This document shows positions 26,201-38,200 of a stretch of 64,000 nucleotides of DNA, in pieces. Position numbers and translations under genes: made by a program. This DNA comes from Hydrolagus colliei. Its lineage: Eukaryota. The notes under the pieces are model-generated. The model was not told the DNA's origin and made no database searches. It saw only the letters and a list, made by a program, of their open reading frames with translations. The first letter of the stretch is position 1. Each line of letters starts with the position of its first letter. The stretch is taken from assembly GCA_035084275.1 (NCBI GenBank), contig CM068743.1, positions 16,988,001 to 17,052,000 on the forward strand, read 5' to 3'.

Positions 26201-29200
26201 ATTGTCTGGCAAGCTTGTCCACCTAGCTCTTTCAAGGCTTAGATGAACTGAGCGAGAAGAGTCCCTGCCCCCAGTGACTGATCTGCACTTCTGAATCCTA
26301 TCACTGAGCTAGCCTGGCTACACTGGCAGGCCAGTTCTGTGGATTATTAATAACCCTAATAATAATCCTTGCATTTGAAATATAGAAGTGCCTTTCTTGT
26401 CGAGAGGTCATCTCAAAGCACTTCACAGGATTTACTGTAAAGGTTAATGATTATATTTTGTAACCGAGCACAGCGGCCAAGCTGTGCACATTAATCTCTT
26501 GCAAGGGAGGGAATCACCAATTTTTCTTCGGATAGTTGGTCAAGAGCCTAGGAGAAACTCCCTTCTCTTTTTGAGTGCATGAGAATGTCCACCTGAAGAA
26601 GCAGACTCTACCTCAGTATATCGTCTCATCTGAAGGATGGTAGCTCCGCCAATGGAGTGTCAAGCGAGATTTATGTGTGTTCAAAGTTGTTGCATGGGGT
26701 TTGAATCTACAGCCTTCCGATTCAGCTACTAAACTGATAGTGTAAGGGTTAACGTCCCTTTGATATTCTACCACACTAAACAAAATTAGGAATAATTACT
26801 AAAGTGGAAATAGCATAATATTGACAATAAATTTTACCTGTATTGTGCAGTTCTTGTAAACCTATTTGAAGTTATTTATTTTGTTTTAGGTACTTAGATT
26901 TTTATAGTAGTTCTATTGAATCCTATATAATGAAGCAAATTCGAATTAGGTTATGTACAGTTCTCAGGGTCAGTCATTTACTCCTTCAAACTTTAATGAT
27001 TTGGAGTTATTGGTTCTGTGTAACTCAAAGTCTCCAGAAAATTCTACTCATTGATGGCTTTTACTGACTAGATTTGACTCTGCGGTCATTGATTTTATAA
27101 AAAAAAGCTAATTATTCGTATGATTCTGCTGTTATTTTTATTGGAATAAGATTTGTTTTCAATATTCACAAATTTATAAAATCCCTTCATAAATAAAAAT
27201 TTATTGGTCACTCCATCCACGACTGTTTGTGGGATAATGCTGTGCACAATTGGCTGCTGTGTTTAGCTCACAGTCAGTCTACTTTACAACGTATTCTATG
27301 AAGCGCTTTAAGACGCCTCAATGGCATGATAAGGCACTGTATCAAATGCAAGGATTATTAGATGTGTTTCTCATTGCATTCCCATTACACAAAATAATTA
27401 AGACTAAAAATAAAACTTTAAAGCAAACATGAGCTATACCAGAAAGCAAATGTAGACTCCTGGACTGGATGTTGTCTTCAAGAGGATCAAAGTCAAAGAT
27501 GGAACCAGGATCTGTGCGCCATACTTTAAATTCTTTTAGCAGAAAAGGAAAGTCTATGAGAGATCCTAATAGGTTAGACAGTAGAGCCTAAATTATAAGC
27601 ACTTTAAGCCAATGTTAATACAACAATTTAAACCAAAATGATTGAAGTTTACAAAGCATAAGCAGTTGATGTATTTGCATATAATGGTATCTGTTGCCAT
27701 TTGAATCAGCTTGAATCAGCTTCTAAAATTATATGTAAAGTTACCAAGTCTAGGACCTCATAAGATGAACATTCATTATCCTGTCACATATTTAAATCTA
27801 AAGCAATCAATTTGAACTGCTTTTATTTTGTCATTGTATTTTACAGGGCATCTAACCCATGCTTGAATTGCCCTTTGTCAGAATTGCCTCTTAATTGCCT
27901 TAGATAGGCGTGTGGCTCGGGAATGGTACAGCGTAGACTTTGAAAGTGCATCACAATTAGCACTGGTGTTCAGCAGCACTCCACAATAGAAACATGAAAA
28001 CATCATTTTAATGTCAGCATCTTTTCTATTTACTTTTGCTTTCACAATGTTTGGTTGCAACCACTGGAACAAACCATAAAAATCCACAGTACATCCCACC
28101 CACCGGATTTGTGCTTGATCTTTTAAAGAGCAATTATTTCAGTCCCATTCCCCTTACCCCTGTGGTTCACTCTGTTCTAGATATCCTTCTCGTTCCCTTT
28201 TGAAAGTAATATTAATTCTGCCTCAGCCATTGCTCCTGGCAGCAGTATTCATTCCATGTCCTAAATACTCTATATGAAAAACATTCTCACAAATTTCTGA
28301 TTTGCTTGCTATTGTAAATTGATGTCCCATCCTCAAGATTCACTGACTAGGGAAAATCAATTTGCTCCATTGACTCTATCAAGCACTCTGAGATGCTGCC
28401 CGGCAAAGAGGGTGCTTTATAAGTGCAAATCGTTGTTGCATCAAAATCTTTTATATATATCTGTGACCTTGACATCCTTCCTAAAGGTAGGGAATCAAAA
28501 CTGGACACAATATTCTAACTGTGGTGTAACTAAAGAGATAAAGAGGTTTAGCATTAGCTCTTTGGTTATCCTATTTGTAAAACCTAGGATTCCATTTGCT
28601 TTCTTAACAACTTTTCCCACCTGCCTTTCCACCGTTAAGTATGTTAACCTTTAGGTCCCTCATCACTTCCACATCCTTTTAAAGTTTTATCACCTAAAAT
28701 ATACTTGCTCTCCTTATTCTTCCTCCCAAAATGAAAGAGTCACACACCAGCAGCTATCAGTCATTGCCACCTGTACATCTTTAGGTGGGGCAAGGAGGGA
28801 GCTGTATGTGATATAATTATTGCTGAAATAATCACGTCAACACAGACAAACAAATACAAGTATAAGACTGAAATACCCATCCCCTTGAAGAATGTTTTTT
28901 CCTCAGCCTTTCATGCCTTTTCTGAATTGAGTGGGCAGAATTTAAAATTTTAATTGAGCAACAGGGATTTTTTTTAAATCACTAAATGCAATTATTTCAC
29001 TTTAGCTTCAATTTGTTACTTTTCAAATTATTTTTAGGCTATTATTTGGGGGGAAAGCACAAAATGTGCTCTCTCCACAAGATTTTCCCAATCCCATGGT
29101 GATAATTATCACAACACATTTCACACTTTCCCTCCCTTGTAAATGTATTCTGTGGTTATAAACAATTTGCGCATTTCTAAAGCACTGCATAGGGTATCAT

Positions 29201-32200
29201 CTTAAGAGCTTCACAAAGACATTAAGAAAGGGAGAAGGTCAGGGGTGGGGGGGGGAGATGACCGTAGTAGTCAACGAGGTAGGTTGTGGATGGGATTTAA
29301 AGATCTAACAGGATGGGGGGTATAAGGAAGCAATTCCAGAGTTTAATAGCTGAAGGCTTGGCCACCAATGATGGCATGGAGTGAGGTAATTAGAGTTTTC
29401 AAATCAGAAAACTTACCGCCGACAACACCAGGTCTGCCTTTCTCCATCTCCACCACGTGGGGATGTACTCCTTTGTAGGCAGCATCACTCACATACTGAG
29501 TGTTCTTCCGTGCCTGGTCTATTGCAGGGTCATCGAGTCCTGGATTGAAGCCCCTGCCCTTTGTCTTTTCGAAGTCCTCGTGATATTTGATCTGTTAACA
29601 GAATAAAATCCAAATTGTTGATAATGTGGACAATTATTATTTCCTCCCATAGTGAATATATTGCAGTTTACCGTAGCGAAAATATTCAAGCATATCTACA
29701 CATAATGCTATATGTAATGCTAATTTGTAATGCTAATTTTCATACCCCAAATGCAGGCATGCAGTCAGATATGTTAATACACAACCACACACAGCTCACC
29801 AGGCATACACACTTCATACGTGCAGGCTTTCAGACTGTGTGCAATGGATCAGGTGTGAATGTTTTGGTTCTGCAAGCAGTGCTTGTGACACAAACAAAGA
29901 AACAGACCAGGTTTTCATTCATAGTTTATTTTTTTTAAATTATTTTGACGACCTCATCTATAGAGAATGGTTTAAAACTCTTTTACACAAAAACATGCCT
30001 TGGGTGTTAATTTGGAAACAACTTTGCCACACATGGGTTTCCATTAGTTTACCCAAGTTTATTACTAGCTGTCAAGTGCAGTCGGTACTAAAATCAGTGC
30101 ATAAGTGCCAGCTCTTCTATGTGCTGCTCTGGAGAGCTCCTTCCACTGTACCATGGAGATATTGTTTTGTGTCTCACGGACACGTTTCATTTCTGGTGTG
30201 TCTAAAAGGAGAACTGGTCTGCCTTTCATCTCCTTCAGGTCATTCCTGTACTGAATCTGCAGGGAGAAAAAACAAACAAAGTTTTGGAACTTTAAAGTTA
30301 GATGCAATACACTAGGATAGTTTCAAAAAGTAAATTCATCATCCTGCTTGAGAGTATACAAACCACACTGAGTTACACATATGTGTGCCTCATACAAATT
30401 TCCCTGTGGCTGGAATGAAATGAGCAACCTGCTTGGTGAAGGGTGCTATATTCACCGGGTGCTTGTTGTAATTCTATCATCTGTACTTAACGGGATGCTG
30501 CAACACTATCGTCTGTACTCTGCAGGATGTTGCAACGCACCCGAAAACTCTGCAACCCACTCTTCCTCTGTCCCTACACCTTACCCCATCCTTTCCCATC
30601 TTCAGATCGCGCCTGAAGAAGTACCTCTTCAACCATACCTGCAGTCACTTCCCCCTCCCCCCGACTCGGCATCAGGCTCCACCACTATCAAGTTCTGTGG
30701 GATGCTACCCTGCTTGACGGGTGCTATATAAATGCAAGTTGTTATTGTTTTTGTGTTGAGTAAAAAGACAGAATGAAATTGACAGAAACAAAAGGATATG
30801 AGGACTTGCCAAGCTAACATTCGCTTGATTCGTCTTGGCTCTTTCCATTTCAATAGTGACACTGACGGGAGTGCCCTTGCCAACCAACTCTTTATACTTG
30901 ATCTACTGGGACAAATATGTCGTGTTAATATTTCCTCAATCAATTGGTTTAGATTTTTTAAAATATTATTTCGCACACAAAATATAGTCAATTCACTTTA
31001 CAGAATATTCTATGGAGAGCTTTGAGAAATCTTGAAAATGTAGTAAGGCTCTATATTAAAATGCAAGGATTATTAATATTATTATTATACCGGTGGAAAC
31101 GTTTAATGATTTTTAAAGTAATCCTTTCAAATTTCTATCACTATATTCACATATAACTTTTTTTTAGAAATTGATTTATATATTTCATTGTTTACACACC
31201 GAGCTGATGTTCTTCTGATTTTCTTTGACTCGTTTTAAGTCAAAAGGATCTGGAATTGCTGTTCCTTGCCCAACTTCTTCTTTGTATTTCACCTTGTCAA
31301 ACACAGAAATGTTCTACTTCAATAAATGTTAAAACAAAATAGTCATGCAAAATCCAAATAAAATGATTCTACCATTCCACAATCAACCCAGTTTCATCCA
31401 TTCCACTTCCACAACACTGTAATCCAGCTCTATCTACTCACCTTACAAAACATGGTACTGTACTCTAATTCTGTTCTATTCAACAACAACAAAACAATAA
31501 AATTACATTTGTAGAGCACCTTTCATGTCAGGACGACGTCCCAAGGGGCTGAACAGTCAGGGGTCAGGACCCGAGTAAGGGGGTTGGGGAGGGGGGTGGA
31601 GGGTTGGGATGAGGGAGGGCAGAGAGGTAGGAGGGTGGCTGAAGGCACGATCAAAAAGGAGGATCTGAAGAGCAGCCTTGAAGGAGTCACCCACTTCCCC
31701 CAATCAAGCTTTGCCACTGTTACACACTTCAAATCGCTAGCCATGTGAAGGTTGCTACGTAATATTCAAGTTGTTGTTGTTATAGTGGTACAAACACACA
31801 TCATGTTGATCCTGTCTCACATACAGTACTTGGTTTAATTTTTTTTAATATTACAGGGATATGGCTTTACTCTTTGGAAAAGACTGATGCATATCTACTT
31901 TTTCAAATAATAACTACATTCATTAAGAAATATTGCCCTTTTAGAAATTGATTTACATATTTAATTGTTTACACACCGAACTGATATTCTTCTGATTTTC
32001 TTTGACTCGTTTTAAGTCAAAAGGATCTGGAATTGCTGTTCCTTGCCCAACTTCTTCTTTGTATTTCACCTTTTCAAACACAGAAATGTTCTATTTTAAT
32101 AGCTTTAAAATAAAACGGTTAGACTCATTAGGCGAGACCTAGCAATCGCACGTTCTGTTTGGAATAAAGGCTCATCGGACTGTTTGATCTGTGGCTGTAT

Positions 32201-35200
32201 GTGTGTGTTGTGGAGGGTGGTGGGTAAGCATGGTTTCCTTATAGCTGAATTGGCTCCAAAGTAGCATGCCTGGCAATGGAGTGTTACGAGACCCATCAAC
32301 TCTCTGTGGCGGTCACCGTAGTCCAAATCCTGAGCCAGGTGGATCCGCAGGGATCCAGGGGCACTGCTGATAACACCAACAACCAGTTTGGCTCATCAGC
32401 AGGACATGGAAGAGCAGACGAGTCACTGCGGGAAGGATTCTTTTCACTCAGCTCCTGTTAACCGCGCTAGCCAAAGCCCTAACAAGTAGGCTGATCCAAG
32501 CTGGACAAGCAGCAGGAAAGCTTGTTAGAGCATGCTTTCATTTGGAAGCTTTACAGCTTTAGCTGTTTAGACTCTAGTGGAAAAAATATATGTATTTTCA
32601 AGTAATACTTTCAAATTTCTATAATTACATTCATTAATACTGCGTTTTAGAAATTGATTAATTATTTACACACCGAACTGATGTTCTTCTGATTTTCCTT
32701 GACTCGTTTTAAGTCAAAAGGATCTGGAATTGCTGTTCCTTGCCCAACTTCTTCTTTGTATTTCACCTTGTCAAACACAAAAATATTCTACTTTAATAGA
32801 TTTTTTTTTAAAAAAGTCACTCTCCATAGGCGAGACCGAGTAATCACAAGTTCTGTTCGGAAAAAAGGGCCCATCGGTCTGTTTGATCTCTCTCATATAT
32901 CATTCAAATGTGTGTGTGGAGTGGGGGGGAGGTGGGGGGGGAAATTCAATGGAGTTTTCTCGGAGGTGAACTGGCACCAAAGTACTGCAGTATGCTTGTA
33001 ATGGAATGTTGGAATCGAGTCAACCCTCTGTTGGGGTCCTGTAGTCCAGTATCTGAGCCAGGGGCACTGCTGATACTACCACAGCCATTCTGGTTTATCA
33101 GCAGGACCTGGAAGGGATGGATGGCCAGTCACTGCAGGAAGGATTCTTACCACTCAGCTCCTGTTAATCCAGCAAATCAAAGCCCCAACAAGTTGGGTGG
33201 TCCGAGCTGGACAAACAGCAGGAAAGCTTGTTAGAGAGTGCTTTCAATTGGAAGCTATACAGTTTTGGCAGTTTAGACTCTAGTGGAAAAAATATAAGTA
33301 TTTTCAAGTAATACTTTCAAATTTCTATAATTACATTAAGAAATACTGCCATTTTAGAAATTGATTTTTGTATTTCACCTTGTCAAACACAGAAATGTTT
33401 TAGTTTTAATAGATTTTTTAAAAGTTCTGTTCGGATGAAAAATATCTTTCAGTCCAAGTGGTCTCATCCTTCCTAGAATATCCATCCTATCATCCTCGCA
33501 TTGGAGCATCAAGCTGTTTCTTAAATGAGTGCAGCACCCTAGCCTCAAGAAACCCCCATGGTTACCCAATCCAGTTATTATTTATCCTCTGAAAACATCA
33601 TATCTTCTGGTGGCCATCCACAAACTACTCTTTGCTCCCCTGAGTCTATGCGATGTTATTCTGCTGTCCTTGTATATTTGAAACTATGTTTGGGTTCATT
33701 TGCATGACTCAAGACCCTCCTCTTCGACAGTGCCATCGGTCACAACCCCTCCCCTCCCGACATGCAAGGCGCTCTATAAATGTAATTTTGTTGTTTTGTT
33801 GTTGTTCCCTCCACCCTCCCCGATCCCGACACCTGCTCTGGTCTGAAACACTGACTGCCCAGCGCCTTGGGACATTCTCCAATGTGAAAGATGCTATACA
33901 ATTGTAATTTTGTTGTTGTTGTTCTCAATTCTGGTTAAAAGGCCTGTATACCAATGAGGTTGGTACCACTTCTGAGGTTGAAGGGACGTGATGTGTCTAA
34001 ATCACTGTTCCTGGCTCATTCCTCTAATTTTGAGAATCAACCTAATTGTTTTCAGTATCATCGTCATTGATCTAATGTAAGATTGGTGAAGCAATTACTT
34101 TGTAAGATCAGCTTCCACAGGTTTTATTTACATGAAGAGGTATTTTTGTATATGAGAAACTAACACTGAACTCATGGGAGAAAATAGGTACCATAGCTTT
34201 AGATGACTTATGATCTCTACACCCCCTTTTTCACATTAAAAAACTATCAACTCCGTTCTTTTATTTGGGGGTGGCTGGGGCGCAGAGTTACAAATAAACC
34301 TACTTTTCCACAATCAGTAACATCCTTATACTCCCCACTCCCATTCCATTAGACAGTAAGCCAGCATCACCCACTCCCCTATGCCTTGCGCGGTTGTGAA
34401 AATTGATCTTAAATGGTTATTTGATGGATAAACAATAACCGCAGGTAAGAACATGAATAACGCTAATATTAAAAACAGCCACTGTCACCATCTAGCTAAT
34501 ATTCAAATGTACAAAAAGATTCTCATCTATCCTCCTTCCTCCAACAAAACAATTAAAGCTGATGATTGGTATAAATAGTAAAACAGAAAATATCACCTGA
34601 TATTCAGGTTGTGAACGGTATAAGTGCCAGTGAAAGCAAATGGGGTGACAATAATATCAACCTGACACCAAATTACCAATTATTACTTTTCTTCCCCTAC
34701 TAATGGAAGCTGGCCTTATTCCTGTCATGGTAGATAATGTCAGCTCCCAGGGCACATATATGCATGAGTAGACCCTGGAACTGGGACAGAATTCCAGCTG
34801 TGGAGGACAGAATGTTTTTATAGTCCATAAAACAAAGTCTAACAGCACACTAGCAATAGTCGAGAAAAAATATTTGCATAGCTTCTACATGACTGTCTGG
34901 AATTATTAATTCTTTTTTTGTTTGTTTTTACATATAATGACGCGCTTAGGTTGAATGAAGGTCCTAACCTGTCTGGATGAGTTTATTCTTTCATGATTAA
35001 CTAATCAAATACAGGTTAGAATCAATGCCTGTGACCTTATAGGAATTGATATGGTGTCATAATAAAATGATAATTATTGAGTGGTTAGAGCATTCATCTC
35101 GCAAGTGAGAGGATCTGGGTTTCAATTGCCAGGCAGGTGAAACATTGCGCAAGTTTCCTTACTCCTCACACCTCTGTTTACCTCACAGTAAACAGGAACC

Positions 35201-38200
35201 CAGTTGTTAGTCAATTGGCAGATCACTTATCCAGGAGTAATAATTCCTTTAAAAAACTTTTTAAAAATAAGAATTATGATTTGGTCACTCAATCCACAAT
35301 GGTTTATGGGATGCTGCTGTGTGCAATTGGCTGCCACGTTTCCCACAAAACATACAATCAATTCACTTTACAGTTTATTCTGTGAAGCATTTCGAGACAT
35401 TTAGAAGACTTAATAAAGCGCTATATCAAATGCAAGTATTATTAGTAAAAAAAAACTCCCAACAATATTTCTCTACAATAACTTACATCACTGAACTTCA
35501 TGCAGTTCTCCTTAGCAAGGCGGATTTCAGGAGTTTCATTTACAGCTATTACTGTTTCAGGTCCAGTACATTTACAGTGTACTGGACCTGAAACAGAAAA
35601 ATGAAACTGGATTAATACAAGTGCGAAATAAATAGAAACAATAAAATAATTACAACAAAATGTTATGCAGTTGACGGTTATGCAATGTTAATTGGATTAG
35701 CTCACTGCCGAGACAGAAATGTATCATGAGCCAGCTTCTGCATGAACAACACCAAAATTGCATTTGTATATCACCTTTCACAACTGTCGGTGATACATCA
35801 AGGTTTCCAAACATGTAACTCCTCAATATTTACAGATAAGCACCCAAGCAAGCAGAAAATAATAGAATTGACTGGTCATAAAGTTCACCAGAAATGAATG
35901 AAACCAAAGTAAGAAGGTCTAGAGAAGACCTAATTATGGGCAACATCAAAGCTGAAAAGATTATAATGTTCAAAAGTTGGCTGAATTTTCTTTCATCTTA
36001 TTCCCAACCCTCCCACACCACCCAAGCCACCCCACTCCCTTTTTAACCTGTCTCACCAGACCAAAAGAGGTTGGTAAATGGCTAGAATTGTTTTTTAACA
36101 AATAAAGGAATTTGGCAGCAGAGATTCAATAAGACTCGGTGATCACCGAAGAGAGGATTGTGTGCAATCGGCAAAAAACAGCTCGACAATGTGATAATGT
36201 GCTGTATCAAATGCAAGGATTATTATAAGGAGAGCAATCAGAAGGCAGAACCAGAGGCTGTTGGCATTTCCAAAACAACTGTGCACAACTGTGCCTTGTT
36301 TCACCCACAGAATATACCCTCAATTCACCAATATACCTTACAATATATTCTGCGAAGAGCTTTGTGATGCCCCAACCACGTAATAAAAACTAATGTTGTA
36401 GAAGAGTGGACAGAGCTAAAGTATTTGCATATCATAAAAGAAGAGATCAGAAAACTCTTACTTTTAATAAAATAAATAATCTATACGTACCGTGCTGATA
36501 TTTTTTTGGTTTTTCTTAACTCTCTCCATTTCTGGAGTATCTGCTAGTGTGGTAACAGTACTAAGCATCTTTTCTGCTTCACCTTTGTATTTTTTCTGTG
36601 GGCAACAAAATATATTTTTACAAGATAAACCTTTATAGCTAAATGCCCTGAAATGTTTTGACTTTAATTCTCAGGTTGAACTCATTCTGATTATTACCTA
36701 CCTGACTGTAAATATCCTTTAAGTGTGCTGCATGCATCAACTCTGGTGTATCGGTAACAGTTCCATAATTATTTTGACCCAAGTCAGAGACCTGCTTGTA
36801 CATTGCCTAAGGCAGAGAAAAAATTAAAATTAATAAAGGATTTTAGCTCAGCATTCAAAAACCACAAAGGTTGGTTCAATCATTTGAATTGCGTACTTGC
36901 ATTTCTCAATAATATACAAATATTAAAAGCAACAAAACTACATCTGTGTTATGAATTGTTAGAGAATTGTTGCAAGTGCTGTTAACCCGTTCACCCACAC
37001 AAACCTATTTAGCTTTGAGGCTTTTGCTTAGAAATAGCATTGACATAATTATGCTCGTACTGGAGTTCCTCATTGGAGCTGGGCCTAAGGTGTCACCAAA
37101 TATATATGCAGGACCAAAAATATGGCTACTTCTGGTCATCAGGTCACCATTGTAGGACACTGCTGTGCGCAATTGGCTGCCGCATATCGCCCACAAAATA
37201 TACAGTCAATTCACTGCACAGTGTATTCTGTGAAGCTCTTTGAGATGTCTAGAAGATGTGATAAGGAGCTGTATCAAACTGCAAGGATTGTTATTATTAT
37301 TATTGAGGTCACTTCCTGGGCACTATAATAATAATAATAATCCTTGCATTTGATGTAGCGCTTTTCACATCTTATCAACTTCTCAAAGCGCTTCACAGAA
37401 TATACAGTAAAGTGAATTGACTGTATATTTGTGGGCAAAATATAGCAACCAATTACGCACAGCAGTGTCCCAACAAACAGTCATGGATTGAAATGACCAA
37501 TTTTTAAATTATTATTGTGGGGGGGGGGGGGTTCAAAGGATTATTATTAGGCATGTGGAGTAAGGAAACTTGCCCAAAGTTTCGTCCTGATCTGCTTGGA
37601 TTCGAACACAGGTCTCATGCTTGTAAGTCGAGTGCTCTAACCACTGAGCTACAGGAGCTCCACAACATGCAAGGAGTGCTGTGGTTCCTGTGCATCTCGC
37701 ACATACACAGTGCACATGAGGTAACATCAGAACTGCTTTCTGAACTTAACGCACAACAAGCAGAAAGTCACATCAGAAGCAACCTGATGAGCCACAAGTC
37801 AGCCATTTCTTGAGAGTGGGAAACTGTCTCTGGTCAGTTATAGGTGAGGCAGCACTCTATCCCCTTGCATCATGTTTCATTAGAATAAGATAATCTTAGG
37901 ATTAACTTTAAACACACAAAAATTTTAGCTAAATTTTTAATATTTATCATAAGAATTTACCATGAGACTTAACATTTTAAGCGCCAAAGAAAACCTGCAA
38001 CAAGGCTATTTGCATTATCACAACAGTGAGCAAGTCAAAGGATTAATATAAGTAAAACTACCATGAAGACACAAATATCCTTCAATGTGCACTGACCTGA
38101 CTAGCAATTTCTGATGCTTTCAAGGCACGTTTAATATCAAGAACATCTGCACTTAGTTCCATTCCTTTGCCCTTGATTTGCGTTTCAAGATCCTTTCTGT

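Noticed and set aside
31200-33420. Regularly spaced repeats as a CRISPR-like array
   Set aside because: The repeated units are spliceosomal exons with homologous introns in a vertebrate gene.
33430-35070. Additional nebulin-repeat exons between the broken exon and the tandem array
   Set aside because: I found no AG..Y-K..S-x|GT pattern by eye; a very diverged exon could have been missed.
37595-37660. tRNA-like sequences at SINE 5' ends (also near 10740, 14800, 15183, 56855, 63060)
   Set aside because: Each is joined to a Deu core and tail and differs between copies; these are SINE heads, not tRNA genes.
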